The notes under the pieces are model-generated. The model worked only from the letters and a program-made list of their open reading frames with translations, ran no database searches and was not told where the DNA came from. DNA of 64,000 nucleotides from the NCBI GenBank assembly GCA_963663965.2, contig CAXXFK010000015.1:32001-96000 (forward strand), read 5' to 3'. A program made the position numbers and the translations under genes. Below are positions 47,547 to 57,132 of this stretch, piece by piece (position 1 is the stretch's first letter; every line of letters begins with the position of its first letter). Source of the stretch: Sedimentisphaerales bacterium. GTDB lineage: Bacteria; Planctomycetota; Phycisphaerae; Sedimentisphaerales; SM23-30.

Positions 47547-49443
47547 TTAATCCTTATTCTGTATTGTTGAGCAATATTCATTGGGATCGGTTGAATTTTT
47601 CAGTCCGATTTGATCGATAATCGCAGTCCAGATTGATTGAATCTGACCGGCTATTACGCTATCTGGAGCATATTCGAGAATGGTCCGGCCGGCCTGCTGG
47701 GCATCGATAACGATGGTGTCATAGGGTAACTCCCCGAGCAGGACCGCGCCACGCTTGAGTGTTTCAGCACGGATCGTTTGAGAGATGGCGTGATTCAGGT
47801 CGGCTTTGTTGATAATGACACCGGAAGGCACCTTGAAATGTCCGGTCAGTTCGAGTATTCGTTGCAGGTCGTGGCAACCGGAAACCGTGGGCTCGGTAAC
47901 AATCACAGCCAGTCGCGTCCCCCCTACTGAGGCAATTACCGGGCAACCGGTCCCGGGCGAGCCATCCAGGATGATGGGCTTGTCAATATTTCGGGCCGGC
48001 ATTTTTTCGGCGGCATGACGCCGGACCAGGGTTACGAGTTTGCCGGAGTTTTCCTGGCCGGGTTCGAGCGTGGCATGGCTCATGAAACCCAGGCGAATCT
48101 GTGACCAGTACCAGCGGCCATTGTCAACGTGATGCTCGGCAATGGCGCCCTTGGGACAAACCAGCAGGCAGGCGCCACAACCTTCGCATTCCTGCTCATC
48201 AATCCAGGGGGATTGTGGGCCGTCGCCGCCCCGCACAGCCTGCCACTGGCAGATTTCAGCGCATTTACCACATCGCACGCACAGTTCCGGAACGATGGCC
48301 ATCACACGGCCGCCGGTAAATACATCGCTGTGAATGACCTGAGGTTCCATCAATAGATGCATATCGGCGGCATCCACATCACAATCGGCCAGAGTGGCCT
48401 GGCCGAGTTGAGCGAAACAGGCTGCCAGTGAGGTTTTGCCGGTACCCGCCTTTTCCGCTGATCACGACGATTTCCATTGGCGAGCTATGGGATTTGTTAC
48501 TGGGTTCTATATTGGTTAGTGAGGAGTCGTTCAGTGGGTAAAATAATTCCGCTTCCTGCCGGCGGCTAGTTTGTTCATCGATCAGGTTATCCGAACGCGG
48601 TTCAGTCAGAATTTTATTGGCAATTGCTTCAAATGTTGTATTTAAACCGGGAACTTCATCGAGCGGGATAATCCCACGCGAGTAGAGTTCTGCGATACGG
48701 CGATCATCAGGCAATTCCCCTATCACTGTTAAGGCGTTATCCTGACACCACTGCCGCAAGCCGGCCAGATCGCCAATATCGGCGCGATTGATTAATACCA
48801 GAGGCTCTATGGATAGAGACCGGCATAAATGGACGGACAACTTCAAATCGTGCCAGCCGAATCGGGTGGGATCGCAGACTAATACAACACGGTCAGCATT
48901 CCGAATCGTATGCACAACGGCGCAACTGGTTCCGGGCGGCGAATCCAGAATTGCCAGTTCCCTGGGGGAAATTCTGGTAATCAACTGTTCGATTAACCGG
49001 ACAGTCATCCCCCCGGCTCCAGGCGCCAGCGTTGACCAGTACAGGTTAATGGAATCGATCTGGCCACGAAAGCTGGCGCCGATATGGCGCTGATCCACCA
49101 AAAGCGCATCATGCTGGCAAATCTCCTGACAGGCCAGACACCACCGGCAGAGTTCAGGAAAAGCCATGGCCGAACTTTTACCCACGGTCAGGGCATTGAA
49201 GTAGCAGACCCGGGCACAATCGCCACAATAGACACATTTGTCGGGATCGACGCCACTGATCGTTGGAATGAACTGCTCTTCGCTTTGGACTTCCAGTGGT
49301 TGAAGAAACAGATGCGCGTTGGGCGCTTCCACATCGCAGTCGATAAACTGGAGCGTTTGATATCGCGCCAGCAGCCGCGCCAGACAGGTGGCAACCAAAG
49401 TTTTGCCTACGCCACCCTTACCGCTGGTTATTGCTATTTTCAC
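47547..49443 (-). pseudogene. Fused tandem MinD-like ATPase/2x[4Fe-4S] gene interrupted by a +1 frameshift (or sequencing error)
   Basis: ORF 48379..49443 runs into a second P-loop MEIVVISGKGG; deleting one C at 48445-48447 restores GTGKTSLAACFAQLGQATLADCDVDAADM in frame with 47547..48377; both halves carry CxxCxxCxxxC ferredoxin inserts. Confidence 0.85.
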
Positions 49444-49702
49444 TGGCAGTTCTCAACGCTCTGATTTCATTTTTCAGTTCTTCGATCTGTTCCTGCAATT
49501 GATCCATACGATCATCCTGGGGTGCCATCGCGCTTTGTTGCCAAAAGCGAAAGCGTTGGCGACCACCCGCATTGAAACCACGCCCGCCACCTCTGGAATA
49601 ATTGCCTTGTCGTCCGTAAGCCATTCCGGCGCCGCATGGTCCTAATCCACGACCGGTCATGGGGCCCTGACCGGCAGGTCCTGTTCTGTCATATCCCGGC
49701 AT
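49418..49702 (-). CDS. DUF5320-like small protein
   Basis: MPGYDRTGPAGQGPMTGRGLGPC, Gly/Arg-rich linker, C-terminal coiled coil. Confidence 0.85.
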   Translation of the reverse strand: MPGYDRTGPAGQGPMTGRGLGPCGAGMAYGRQGNYSRGGGRGFNAGGRQRFRFWQQSAMAPQDDRMDQLQEQIEELKNEIRALRTASENSNNQR

Positions 49703-49759
49703 AATTAATCTCCTTATTTATATGTAAATTTTGGTTCGTGTTAATTATTTGATACAGGA

Positions 49760-50122
49760 TTACCAATGTCCCTGGACATTGGCATTTTGTAACTCATCCA
49801 ATTGATTCTGTTGAAACGCGAGCAATGCCTGGGCTAAAGTCTGGTTGGGATCGACCTGGTAAACCCTGACACCGGCGTTTTGTAATGCCGCCATGGCCTT
49901 GGGGCCGACATTGCACGCAATCAGGACATCGGCATTTAAATCAAGGACTGTCTGGGCGGCCTGGATACCGGCGCCCTGAACGGCCTGCCGATCCTGCTCA
50001 TTGCCGATAAAACGCCATTGATCAGTCTGGTCATCAAATACAGCAAAACAGAAGGCCCGGCCAAAACGGGAATCGACTCTGGCCTGGGCATCACTTGAAC
50101 TTGCACATACTACAATTATCAT
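49760..50122 (-). CDS. NifB/NifX-family cofactor-binding domain protein
   Basis: VDSRFGRA, GAGIQAAQ, NVGPKA, ANVQGHW. Confidence 0.9.
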   Translation of the reverse strand: MIIVVCASSSDAQARVDSRFGRAFCFAVFDDQTDQWRFIGNEQDRQAVQGAGIQAAQTVLDLNADVLIACNVGPKAMAALQNAGVRVYQVDPNQTLAQALLAFQQNQLDELQNANVQGHW

Positions 50123-50517
50123 AATTCGTTCTCCATAGTGGATTGATTTTCGCTATTATCGCTCCGCTGCCCGCGACCACATTGGCCATGACGACCCTGA
50201 CGATGACGGCCGGGGCAGACCTGTGATTGAATCGTTTCGGGCCCGCCGCCTATTTCCAGCGCACAGCCTTCAACCAAGGCATCAGCAATTTTTTTGCGGG
50301 CTGACGCATAGATCCGAGTGACTGTGGGACGGGATACGCCCATCTGCTGGGCGGCCTGCTCCTGATCCATTCCAAGGTGATCAATCAGGCGGATTGATTC
50401 ATATTCATCCAGATTTAACTGGATCCAATTTAAGCCGCGAGCAGGAATACCGGCAGGTTTATAGATTATGGCTGTCGGGCGGCCATTGACGCAACGTCTT
50501 TTAAAAGGTCTGGGCAT
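50119..50517 (-). CDS. DUF134 (UPF0251) HTH DNA-binding protein
   Basis: MPRP, YKPAGIP, DEYESIRLID, QEQAAQQMGVSRPT, ARKKIADALVEG. Confidence 0.92.
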   Translation of the reverse strand: MPRPFKRRCVNGRPTAIIYKPAGIPARGLNWIQLNLDEYESIRLIDHLGMDQEQAAQQMGVSRPTVTRIYASARKKIADALVEGCALEIGGGPETIQSQVCPGRHRQGRHGQCGRGQRSDNSENQSTMENEL

Positions 50518-50543
50518 GACTTACTCAGTATTAATGAATATCA

Positions 50544-50563
50544 TTATGAACATATGTTCATAA
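50544..50563. promoter_or_regulatory. Perfect 20-bp palindromic operator upstream of DUF134
   Basis: TTATGAACATATGTTCATAA, next to a minus-strand TTGCAT-N16-TACACT promoter candidate (50566-50593). Confidence 0.8.
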
Positions 50564-50796
50564 CAAGTGTAACACATTATTAAATAAATGCAAACTTAAA
50601 TTTATAATTATTTCATTACCCTTTGCTGTACAATCAGTTATAGAATTTTACCAAACAGCAACTTGTAAGTTAAGAAAACTTCTAAAAAATCCTGAGTTTG
50701 CGTTAATACCCTATCTCGAGGAGAATATTAAACAGCCGAAAACAGGAATGACTCCCATTTCCGGCTGATTTGATTGTTTTCATCCAGCAACAAATC

Positions 50797-52800
50797 CTAA
50801 CGGTTATTGCGAGTGATCGCCGTCCAGTCATCGGTGCGGAATGGTACCGCGGGCAGGCCGGCCTTGTTGAATAGATTGCAGACCGGGTTGGTGTCCCAGG
50901 CGTATCGGACAGCCACTGGTTTGGCAACCTGGGGAGATGAGACAATAACCGTATCGCCATCAATTCGGGCATCGGCCCAGACAAACTTGCGGTCTCCGCC
51001 GGCGATGGCAAAACCTTTTAATTGATCACCATGCACAGACAAGCCGCCATCGATATGATCGAATCGCAGGCGGATAGCCGACCCTTCGACAGACATGGAT
51101 CGATACCAGGGACCGGAATAAGGGATGTCTTTACCGTAGGTCTGGGCCAGGGCTGCGAACGCTAAGCGACGCCCGACATCTTTTTTGTTTTTGGGGTGAA
51201 TATCATTGGCTTCGCCAATATCAATTGCGACGGCCAAACCACAGTTGGGAACATTCTTTGCGGTCCAGGTCTGAGCTTCGCGAAGTTCGGCCCAGTCGTT
51301 TTCACGAGGTTCCGGAGCAGTTTGAGTAAAGGCGGCCAACTGGACAATGTAAAACGGGAAATCTCCGACCTTAAAATCATTACGCCAGTTTTTGATCAGG
51401 GCCGGTAGTAACGTCCGATATTGCCAGGCACGACCGGCATTGGATTCACCCTGATACCAGATGGCTCCTTTGATGCCATAAGGCACCAGGGGCGCAATCA
51501 TGCCATTATATAAAACCGTAGTGACATTAGGATTATTTTTATTCAGTGTGGCCGGTTTTGACGTTAACTTACTCTGCGGCGTCGTCACCTTACACTGCCA
51601 CTGGCCGGCCAGGGAGATGGGCTTTGCCTGTGAATCATTCTGAAGTGTGAGCGTCATATCATTGGTCTGTCCAACAAAACCGCCATTACCACCAGTGTCC
51701 CATACCCTCACCGTAATGCGATTTGATCCGGCTTTTACTGAGGCAGATGGAACCGTATATGACCGGGAAACGTTCCAACGGTCATCCGAACCGACGGGAG
51801 TATCATTGAACCAGGTCTGGTCGGCATCGTCGATCGGGCCTAGGCGGAGTTGCAGAGCTTTTCCGGCCCAGGATGCCGGGATATCCACTTCGCGAGTGAA
51901 CCAGACGAAGCCATCAAAATTATTGATGCCAATCTGCTCCCACTCAGCGGGAACATTGACGGTTTTCCAATCTGATCTGTCAGTCTGTGCGTTATACCAC
52001 TTTTGCGCGGAACCGGGATCGTTGGCTTCAAACCATTTCGTTAAAACCCGGGTAAGCTCATCCGGATTCATATTCAGTGAATCGCGACTGGCCTGGAAAC
52101 CTTTTAAGGCAGGGGCGATTGTTTCGTAGGGAGCCAGTCCTTCTTCACTGGTCCATGCTTCCACAATGGTGCCGCCCCACGACGTATGAATCAGACCAAT
52201 GGGAATATTGAGATTTTTATAGAGTTCCTGACCGAAGAAATATCCAGCAGCACTGAAACCACCCCATACCCCTTCTAAAATTGTTTTGGAACTACAGGGC
52301 TTCCAGGAAATATTAGCGGTTTTGATCGGCAGGTATTCCACCGCTTTGGGAACGGTGAGCAAACGGATATTGGGATAGTTGGCCTGGGCAATTTCATCGG
52401 GGACATTGCAGGCGGCGATTCCCATTTCCATATTGGACTGCCCAGAACAGATCCAGACATCGCCCATGAGAATATCCTGCACTTCAACTGTTTGGGGACC
52501 GGTTACCGTCATATGATATGGGCCGCCAGCGTGCATGGGTCGCAAAACCACTTCCCAGCGGCCATCTTGATCAGCGCGTCCCTGTTTACTCTGGTCAGCC
52601 AATGTAACTGCGATAGCACTTCCAGGTTCAGCCCATCCCCACACACGTATCGGGATATCACGCTGCAAAACGGCGTGATCTGAAAAGAGCGGGTGTAAAA
52701 ACGGTACATTGCCTGTTTGAGCACTCAGCAGGCAAGCAGGCATAACAAATGATGTTAATAAGACCAACAGACATGAATACATTAATGATTTTTTCAACAT
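50797..52800 (-). CDS. Secreted sialate O-acetylesterase-family (SGNH) esterase with inserted beta-sandwich
   Basis: GDVWICSGQSNM, WGGT, WYQGESN, VQLA, DIHP. Confidence 0.92.
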   Translation of the reverse strand: MLKKSLMYSCLLVLLTSFVMPACLLSAQTGNVPFLHPLFSDHAVLQRDIPIRVWGWAEPGSAIAVTLADQSKQGRADQDGRWEVVLRPMHAGGPYHMTVTGPQTVEVQDILMGDVWICSGQSNMEMGIAACNVPDEIAQANYPNIRLLTVPKAVEYLPIKTANISWKPCSSKTILEGVWGGFSAAGYFFGQELYKNLNIPIGLIHTSWGGTIVEAWTSEEGLAPYETIAPALKGFQASRDSLNMNPDELTRVLTKWFEANDPGSAQKWYNAQTDRSDWKTVNVPAEWEQIGINNFDGFVWFTREVDIPASWAGKALQLRLGPIDDADQTWFNDTPVGSDDRWNVSRSYTVPSASVKAGSNRITVRVWDTGGNGGFVGQTNDMTLTLQNDSQAKPISLAGQWQCKVTTPQSKLTSKPATLNKNNPNVTTVLYNGMIAPLVPYGIKGAIWYQGESNAGRAWQYRTLLPALIKNWRNDFKVGDFPFYIVQLAAFTQTAPEPRENDWAELREAQTWTAKNVPNCGLAVAIDIGEANDIHPKNKKDVGRRLAFAALAQTYGKDIPYSGPWYRSMSVEGSAIRLRFDHIDGGLSVHGDQLKGFAIAGGDRKFVWADARIDGDTVIVSSPQVAKPVAVRYAWDTNPVCNLFNKAGLPAVPFRTDDWTAITRNNR

Positions 52801-53053
52801 CAATAACTCCTTGATTGGGGTTTCGGTAAATTTTACTGATACAGAATTCCTTTAATCTATCCAATATCAGTCAAACGATACTCTCCCAGCAATTATTTAA
52901 TTTAATTGATAATATTTTGAAATTTGATAAAGGACTATCCAGACTCTATAAATTAATGAAGAGCAAATAGTGGAATTTTCTTTATCTAGGTATAATAATG
53001 GAATATACAGGAAACCACAATAATAAACAATATCGTACATTTGAGGATTCCCT

Positions 53054-53539
53054 ATGAATAATCCATATCCATCTGAAACAGGATGCTGCCCGCGATTTAA
53101 TCCTGAACCCTATGATGAAAAGGAACATACCTGGGAGAATAAACGATTTATTAAAGACAAGGTATTTTGCCTGTTTCATATGCCACTGACGTTTGGCAAG
53201 GCGATGGTTCGTTGCATGAAAAAAATCGAGCAGGCGGATGCTTTTACTCCGGAGGTTCCGCTGGGATTATCCGATCATACCTCACCTTGGAATATGGATC
53301 TTTATATCGAGGTCAGCAAGGAGGTGCCGGGCGCCAATAATGTGTTGCTGAACGGGCGATATCTTTCGAAAGTATTTGAAGGGCCCTATCAGGAGACCGG
53401 CAACTGGTGTAAACAAATGAAGGAATGGGTGGAAAGCCAGGGAAAAACCATCAAGAGATGGCTGATGTATTATACCACCTGCCCGAAATGCGCCAAAGCC
53501 TATGGCAAAAATTATGTGGTCATATTCAGTGAGGTTTGA
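53054..53539 (+). CDS. Conserved small protein, GyrI-like fold predicted
   Basis: CCPRF, SKVFEGPY, YYTTCPKCAKAYGKNYVV motifs. Confidence 0.7.
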   Translation: MNNPYPSETGCCPRFNPEPYDEKEHTWENKRFIKDKVFCLFHMPLTFGKAMVRCMKKIEQADAFTPEVPLGLSDHTSPWNMDLYIEVSKEVPGANNVLLNGRYLSKVFEGPYQETGNWCKQMKEWVESQGKTIKRWLMYYTTCPKCAKAYGKNYVVIFSEV

Positions 53540-53563
53540 GCATATTACCGTGAACGATTCCTG

Positions 53564-55531
53564 TCAATTGTCATGCCGTGGCAAGGAAAAGTAGAAGGTC
53601 GTCCCACGGCCAGGGCCATCCGATTCGATCCAGATACGGCCGCGATGGATTTCGATAATCCGCTTACAGATAGCCAGTCCGACACCGGTGCCTTCCTGTT
53701 GGGGGTCAAGTTGTTCGAACAGACCAAATATACGATCATGATACCGCGGTTCGATGCCGATCCCATTGTCCTTGACAAAAACAACGCATTCGTTTTCTGT
53801 ACGTTTGGCGCCAATACAAATTTTTCCTTCTTTCCGATCCCCCATATACTTAATCGCGTTATCGATCAGATTCTGAAAAACCTCAACGATCCGGATACGA
53901 TCGGCATACACTTGCGGCAAATCTTCTTCTATCGTCAATGCTATATTTCGGTCAACGAGTTGTTTTTCCATTAACAAGATCACCTCTTCAATAACATCCC
54001 GCAGAAAGAATGCTTCCCTGGGATTGTCTTTTCGACCAACGCGAGACAATTCCAGCAACTCGTTCAGTAAGCGGTGCATCTTTTCCGCCGCATTTTTTAT
54101 CATTTCCATATCCTTATCAACATTTTCCATATCGCCGGTTGTCAGATCTTCTTTTAACAGGCCCAGGCCTCCGCCGACTGTAACCAACGGGCTTTTCAAA
54201 TCATGGGAAACCGTATAGACAAACCGTTCCAATTCGGCATTTTTTATTTCTAAATCATTAATTAATTTTTCGCGTTCTTTTTCAACGTTTAAGCGCTGAT
54301 CAACCATGTGTCGGGCCGAGCCGGCTAATTCCGAAAACTCCCGATAGTATAGTTTATCCGGTTCGATCATAACGGAACCGGGATCACTTGAGGCCCTGTG
54401 GAAAAATTCACTCAATCGGTTTACACTCGATGCCGTCATGCGAGACAGGACGCCGGTAATAATAAGTACAAAAATATTTACCGCCGCATACAACGCAAAT
54501 ATCCTATTTAACTGCTGCTTCATCTCCTCCTGCAATTGCTGTCTTTTTTTCTTAATGACCGAGTCAATATCCTGGATAAAGATTCCAGTGCCGATATACC
54601 AATTCCATTCCGAAACAGGCTGGACATAACTCATTTTCGGCAATTGCGGTTGTCCATCAACATCCGGCATCACATATCGTACCATCCCACCGCCTGTTTG
54701 GGCTTTTCGGATCAACTCCAGGACTACTTTTAATCCATTTTTGTCAGTCACTGCTATCATATTCTGGCCTTTAGCAGGACCTATTAAACTTACACCGTCA
54801 TATTGCCCGGCAAAAACATAACAGTCATTCTCAAAGCGAAAAGAACCGATATGATCAATAACATCCTGCTGAAGTTGTTTTTCAAAATCATCATAATACA
54901 ATCCAGTCCCCACGACAATACCAAGCGGTTCATACACTTTTACAAAAGCCAACTTTTCGAATTCGCGATCCCATTGCCCAGGCTTGTTAAAACTGTAATT
55001 AGTGAAGCCCTCTCCTTTCTCGCTGGCAATTTCAATTGCGTTCCGTACGAAATGCCTGCCCTGGCCATCTTGTTTATCCATACAATTGCTCCCTTCATCC
55101 GGAGAGCCACCAGCGAAAAATAAATAGCCATCTAAACCAACGCAAAAATAATATCCCATGCCATCATCATAGGCCACCGGATATAACGCATCACGGATCA
55201 ATTTGATGATTTCATCCCGCGTATGATTGTCATGATAAGATTGATAGTAATGATCGATCACTTGCCAGGCCTCACCTACCCGATCGCGTATTCTAGTCAT
55301 TAAGAGAACTTCAGACCGAGATCGGATATACTGAATATAGGAAACGATCAGTGCTGTCTCTTCACGCAATATATTTTCATAAGCCTGTTCATGATCATTG
55401 CGCAGATCCTGGATTTCAGCATCCAGTTGCTGTTCCTGATAATTAATCCAGGAGAGGCTGATAACGAGAGTAGATACGCTGGCAATGATAAAAGAACTTA
55501 GAAAAAAAGTTTTCGAGATTCCAATTGTCAT
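53564..55531 (-). CDS. Sensor histidine kinase with tandem Cache_2-type domains
   Basis: Two TM helices flanking two Cache repeats (GYYF...KLAFVK...VGTGLY; YVFA...KMSYV...IGTGIF); SHDLKSPL, NLIDNAIKY, DNGIGI, GTGVGLAI. Confidence 0.92.
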   Translation of the reverse strand: MTIGISKTFFLSSFIIASVSTLVISLSWINYQEQQLDAEIQDLRNDHEQAYENILREETALIVSYIQYIRSRSEVLLMTRIRDRVGEAWQVIDHYYQSYHDNHTRDEIIKLIRDALYPVAYDDGMGYYFCVGLDGYLFFAGGSPDEGSNCMDKQDGQGRHFVRNAIEIASEKGEGFTNYSFNKPGQWDREFEKLAFVKVYEPLGIVVGTGLYYDDFEKQLQQDVIDHIGSFRFENDCYVFAGQYDGVSLIGPAKGQNMIAVTDKNGLKVVLELIRKAQTGGGMVRYVMPDVDGQPQLPKMSYVQPVSEWNWYIGTGIFIQDIDSVIKKKRQQLQEEMKQQLNRIFALYAAVNIFVLIITGVLSRMTASSVNRLSEFFHRASSDPGSVMIEPDKLYYREFSELAGSARHMVDQRLNVEKEREKLINDLEIKNAELERFVYTVSHDLKSPLVTVGGGLGLLKEDLTTGDMENVDKDMEMIKNAAEKMHRLLNELLELSRVGRKDNPREAFFLRDVIEEVILLMEKQLVDRNIALTIEEDLPQVYADRIRIVEVFQNLIDNAIKYMGDRKEGKICIGAKRTENECVVFVKDNGIGIEPRYHDRIFGLFEQLDPQQEGTGVGLAICKRIIEIHRGRIWIESDGPGRGTTFYFSLPRHDN

Positions 55532-55566
55532 ATTTAATCCTGATTATTTATAAACAGGCCCATCCA

Positions 55567-57009
55567 TTACCATTGAAATAAAGTAACAAAACGAGCATGG
55601 AATGCCGGATCATTCCGATCAACGGTATAATAATTTCCCGGTAAAAACAATTCGCACACCAGCGAATGACTCAGCCAGTCAAATTGTTCCCACTTGACAA
55701 CTCCCATGAATTGGGTACCACGAAGGTATCCTGATGGGTTTAAACCATTACTGCCGGCCATATCGGTATGCCGGGCGGCAAATATCCCATCCACTTGTCC
55801 AGTTACCGTTATATTATGAGGCAGTTTTTTGCGGCTTTCCAACCAGATTCGATGCATATTGGAACTATCGTAGGCGCGCCCGTCAATTCTATCGAGACCA
55901 AAATCATATAAACACCCGATTCCAGATTGCCTGCCCCACAAGCGGTCGAATGCCCGATCCGGGTCGTTATGACCAGACAGATAATCATATCCGCATCGAA
56001 TTCTAATATTTACCGTTTCAATTTCTTTAAAAGTTATCTGATTACGGGAAGCCAGCGCCGATATCGCTTTTCCGTTTTTATGCCCCCATTGGGGCATGAT
56101 CTCCATATTAATGCTTATCGAATTATTAATTGGGTAATTCCAGTCGATACCAAGGGTATATAATTCACCTTCATAACCGGTCGTTTTCACACGATGACGA
56201 TCCATTTTGTAAATAATGTATCCATTTAAAGTTGTTTTGTCAAACTGTATATCCGATACCCACGCCAAAACGCCAAAACTATCCTGTTCGGCCAGATCGA
56301 TATCCCGATCGTTGAAGGATCGAATGACAGCAGATGAATTGGCATGATTATCAATAATAATAAGATCCAGTTTCGAGCCATACTCTATGGGAATGGTCCA
56401 TCGAATCGCATCAAAGAAATTGCTACGACTCGAATCACCCGGCGTGCCTCGTTTAACAAGAAATCCGCTGCCCATTCTGATATCCTGCCGCCCGATCTTT
56501 ATAGACGATGAAGTCCGGGCAAAATTATTAAACTCTACATTCATGGTATCAAACAACACTTCATGATATTTCAATTCATACACCGGATCAAAAAACAGAT
56601 AAGGTTCAGTCACCATTCTCACATCTAAATCGATATCCGTTTCAAGCTTAATTTTAGCCCCATGCCTCAAGCGGAATCGAAATAGTGAGTATTCCGACCA
56701 GGGGATCTCGTTTTTTATTAACTGGACATTCGCACCATAATACCCAATCAGCCGAAAATCACCATACATGACAAACCGATCCGCTTTGACGGGGCTATCC
56801 AGTGGACCCGGGACCGCCATGCGGCAGGAGTTATCCGTTGCAGTCTGATTTGGGTCAAAGAAGGGTATATTGTCCTTATAGATCGCAAACTGAGCTGATA
56901 GCGGAATTACAAGCTGAGCAACGATAAACCATAGAGTTAAATTTCTGCAATTCCTGCAATTCATAACATTGTCTTTATTATTATAAAAGAGCGTCTCGGA
57001 CCATGCCAT
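55567..57009 (-). CDS. Alginate-export (AlgE)-like outer-membrane beta-barrel
   Basis: RFRLR, KIGRQD, FDAIR, GYDYLSG...FDRLW motifs; alternating strands; terminal FQW. Start may be downstream of 57009. Confidence 0.72.
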   Translation of the reverse strand: MAWSETLFYNNKDNVMNCRNCRNLTLWFIVAQLVIPLSAQFAIYKDNIPFFDPNQTATDNSCRMAVPGPLDSPVKADRFVMYGDFRLIGYYGANVQLIKNEIPWSEYSLFRFRLRHGAKIKLETDIDLDVRMVTEPYLFFDPVYELKYHEVLFDTMNVEFNNFARTSSSIKIGRQDIRMGSGFLVKRGTPGDSSRSNFFDAIRWTIPIEYGSKLDLIIIDNHANSSAVIRSFNDRDIDLAEQDSFGVLAWVSDIQFDKTTLNGYIIYKMDRHRVKTTGYEGELYTLGIDWNYPINNSISINMEIMPQWGHKNGKAISALASRNQITFKEIETVNIRIRCGYDYLSGHNDPDRAFDRLWGRQSGIGCLYDFGLDRIDGRAYDSSNMHRIWLESRKKLPHNITVTGQVDGIFAARHTDMAGSNGLNPSGYLRGTQFMGVVKWEQFDWLSHSLVCELFLPGNYYTVDRNDPAFHARFVTLFQW

Positions 57010-57132
57010 GCAACCATTCCACCTCTTATTCCGACCCTTTTAAATGATTCGGATGGCTTTGAATCCACTTGACTCTCTTTCAAGGCAATATGGCTTATTC
57101 AAATTTATATACTGCTCTCAAATACCAATCAA

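Noticed and set aside
46331..50517. Nitrogen fixation cluster
   Set aside because: No nifH, nifD or nifK; NifX-like domains with DUF134 and Mrp are common in non-diazotrophic anaerobes.
55567..57009. Alginate biosynthesis
   Set aside because: No other alg genes; the family name covers many unrelated barrels.
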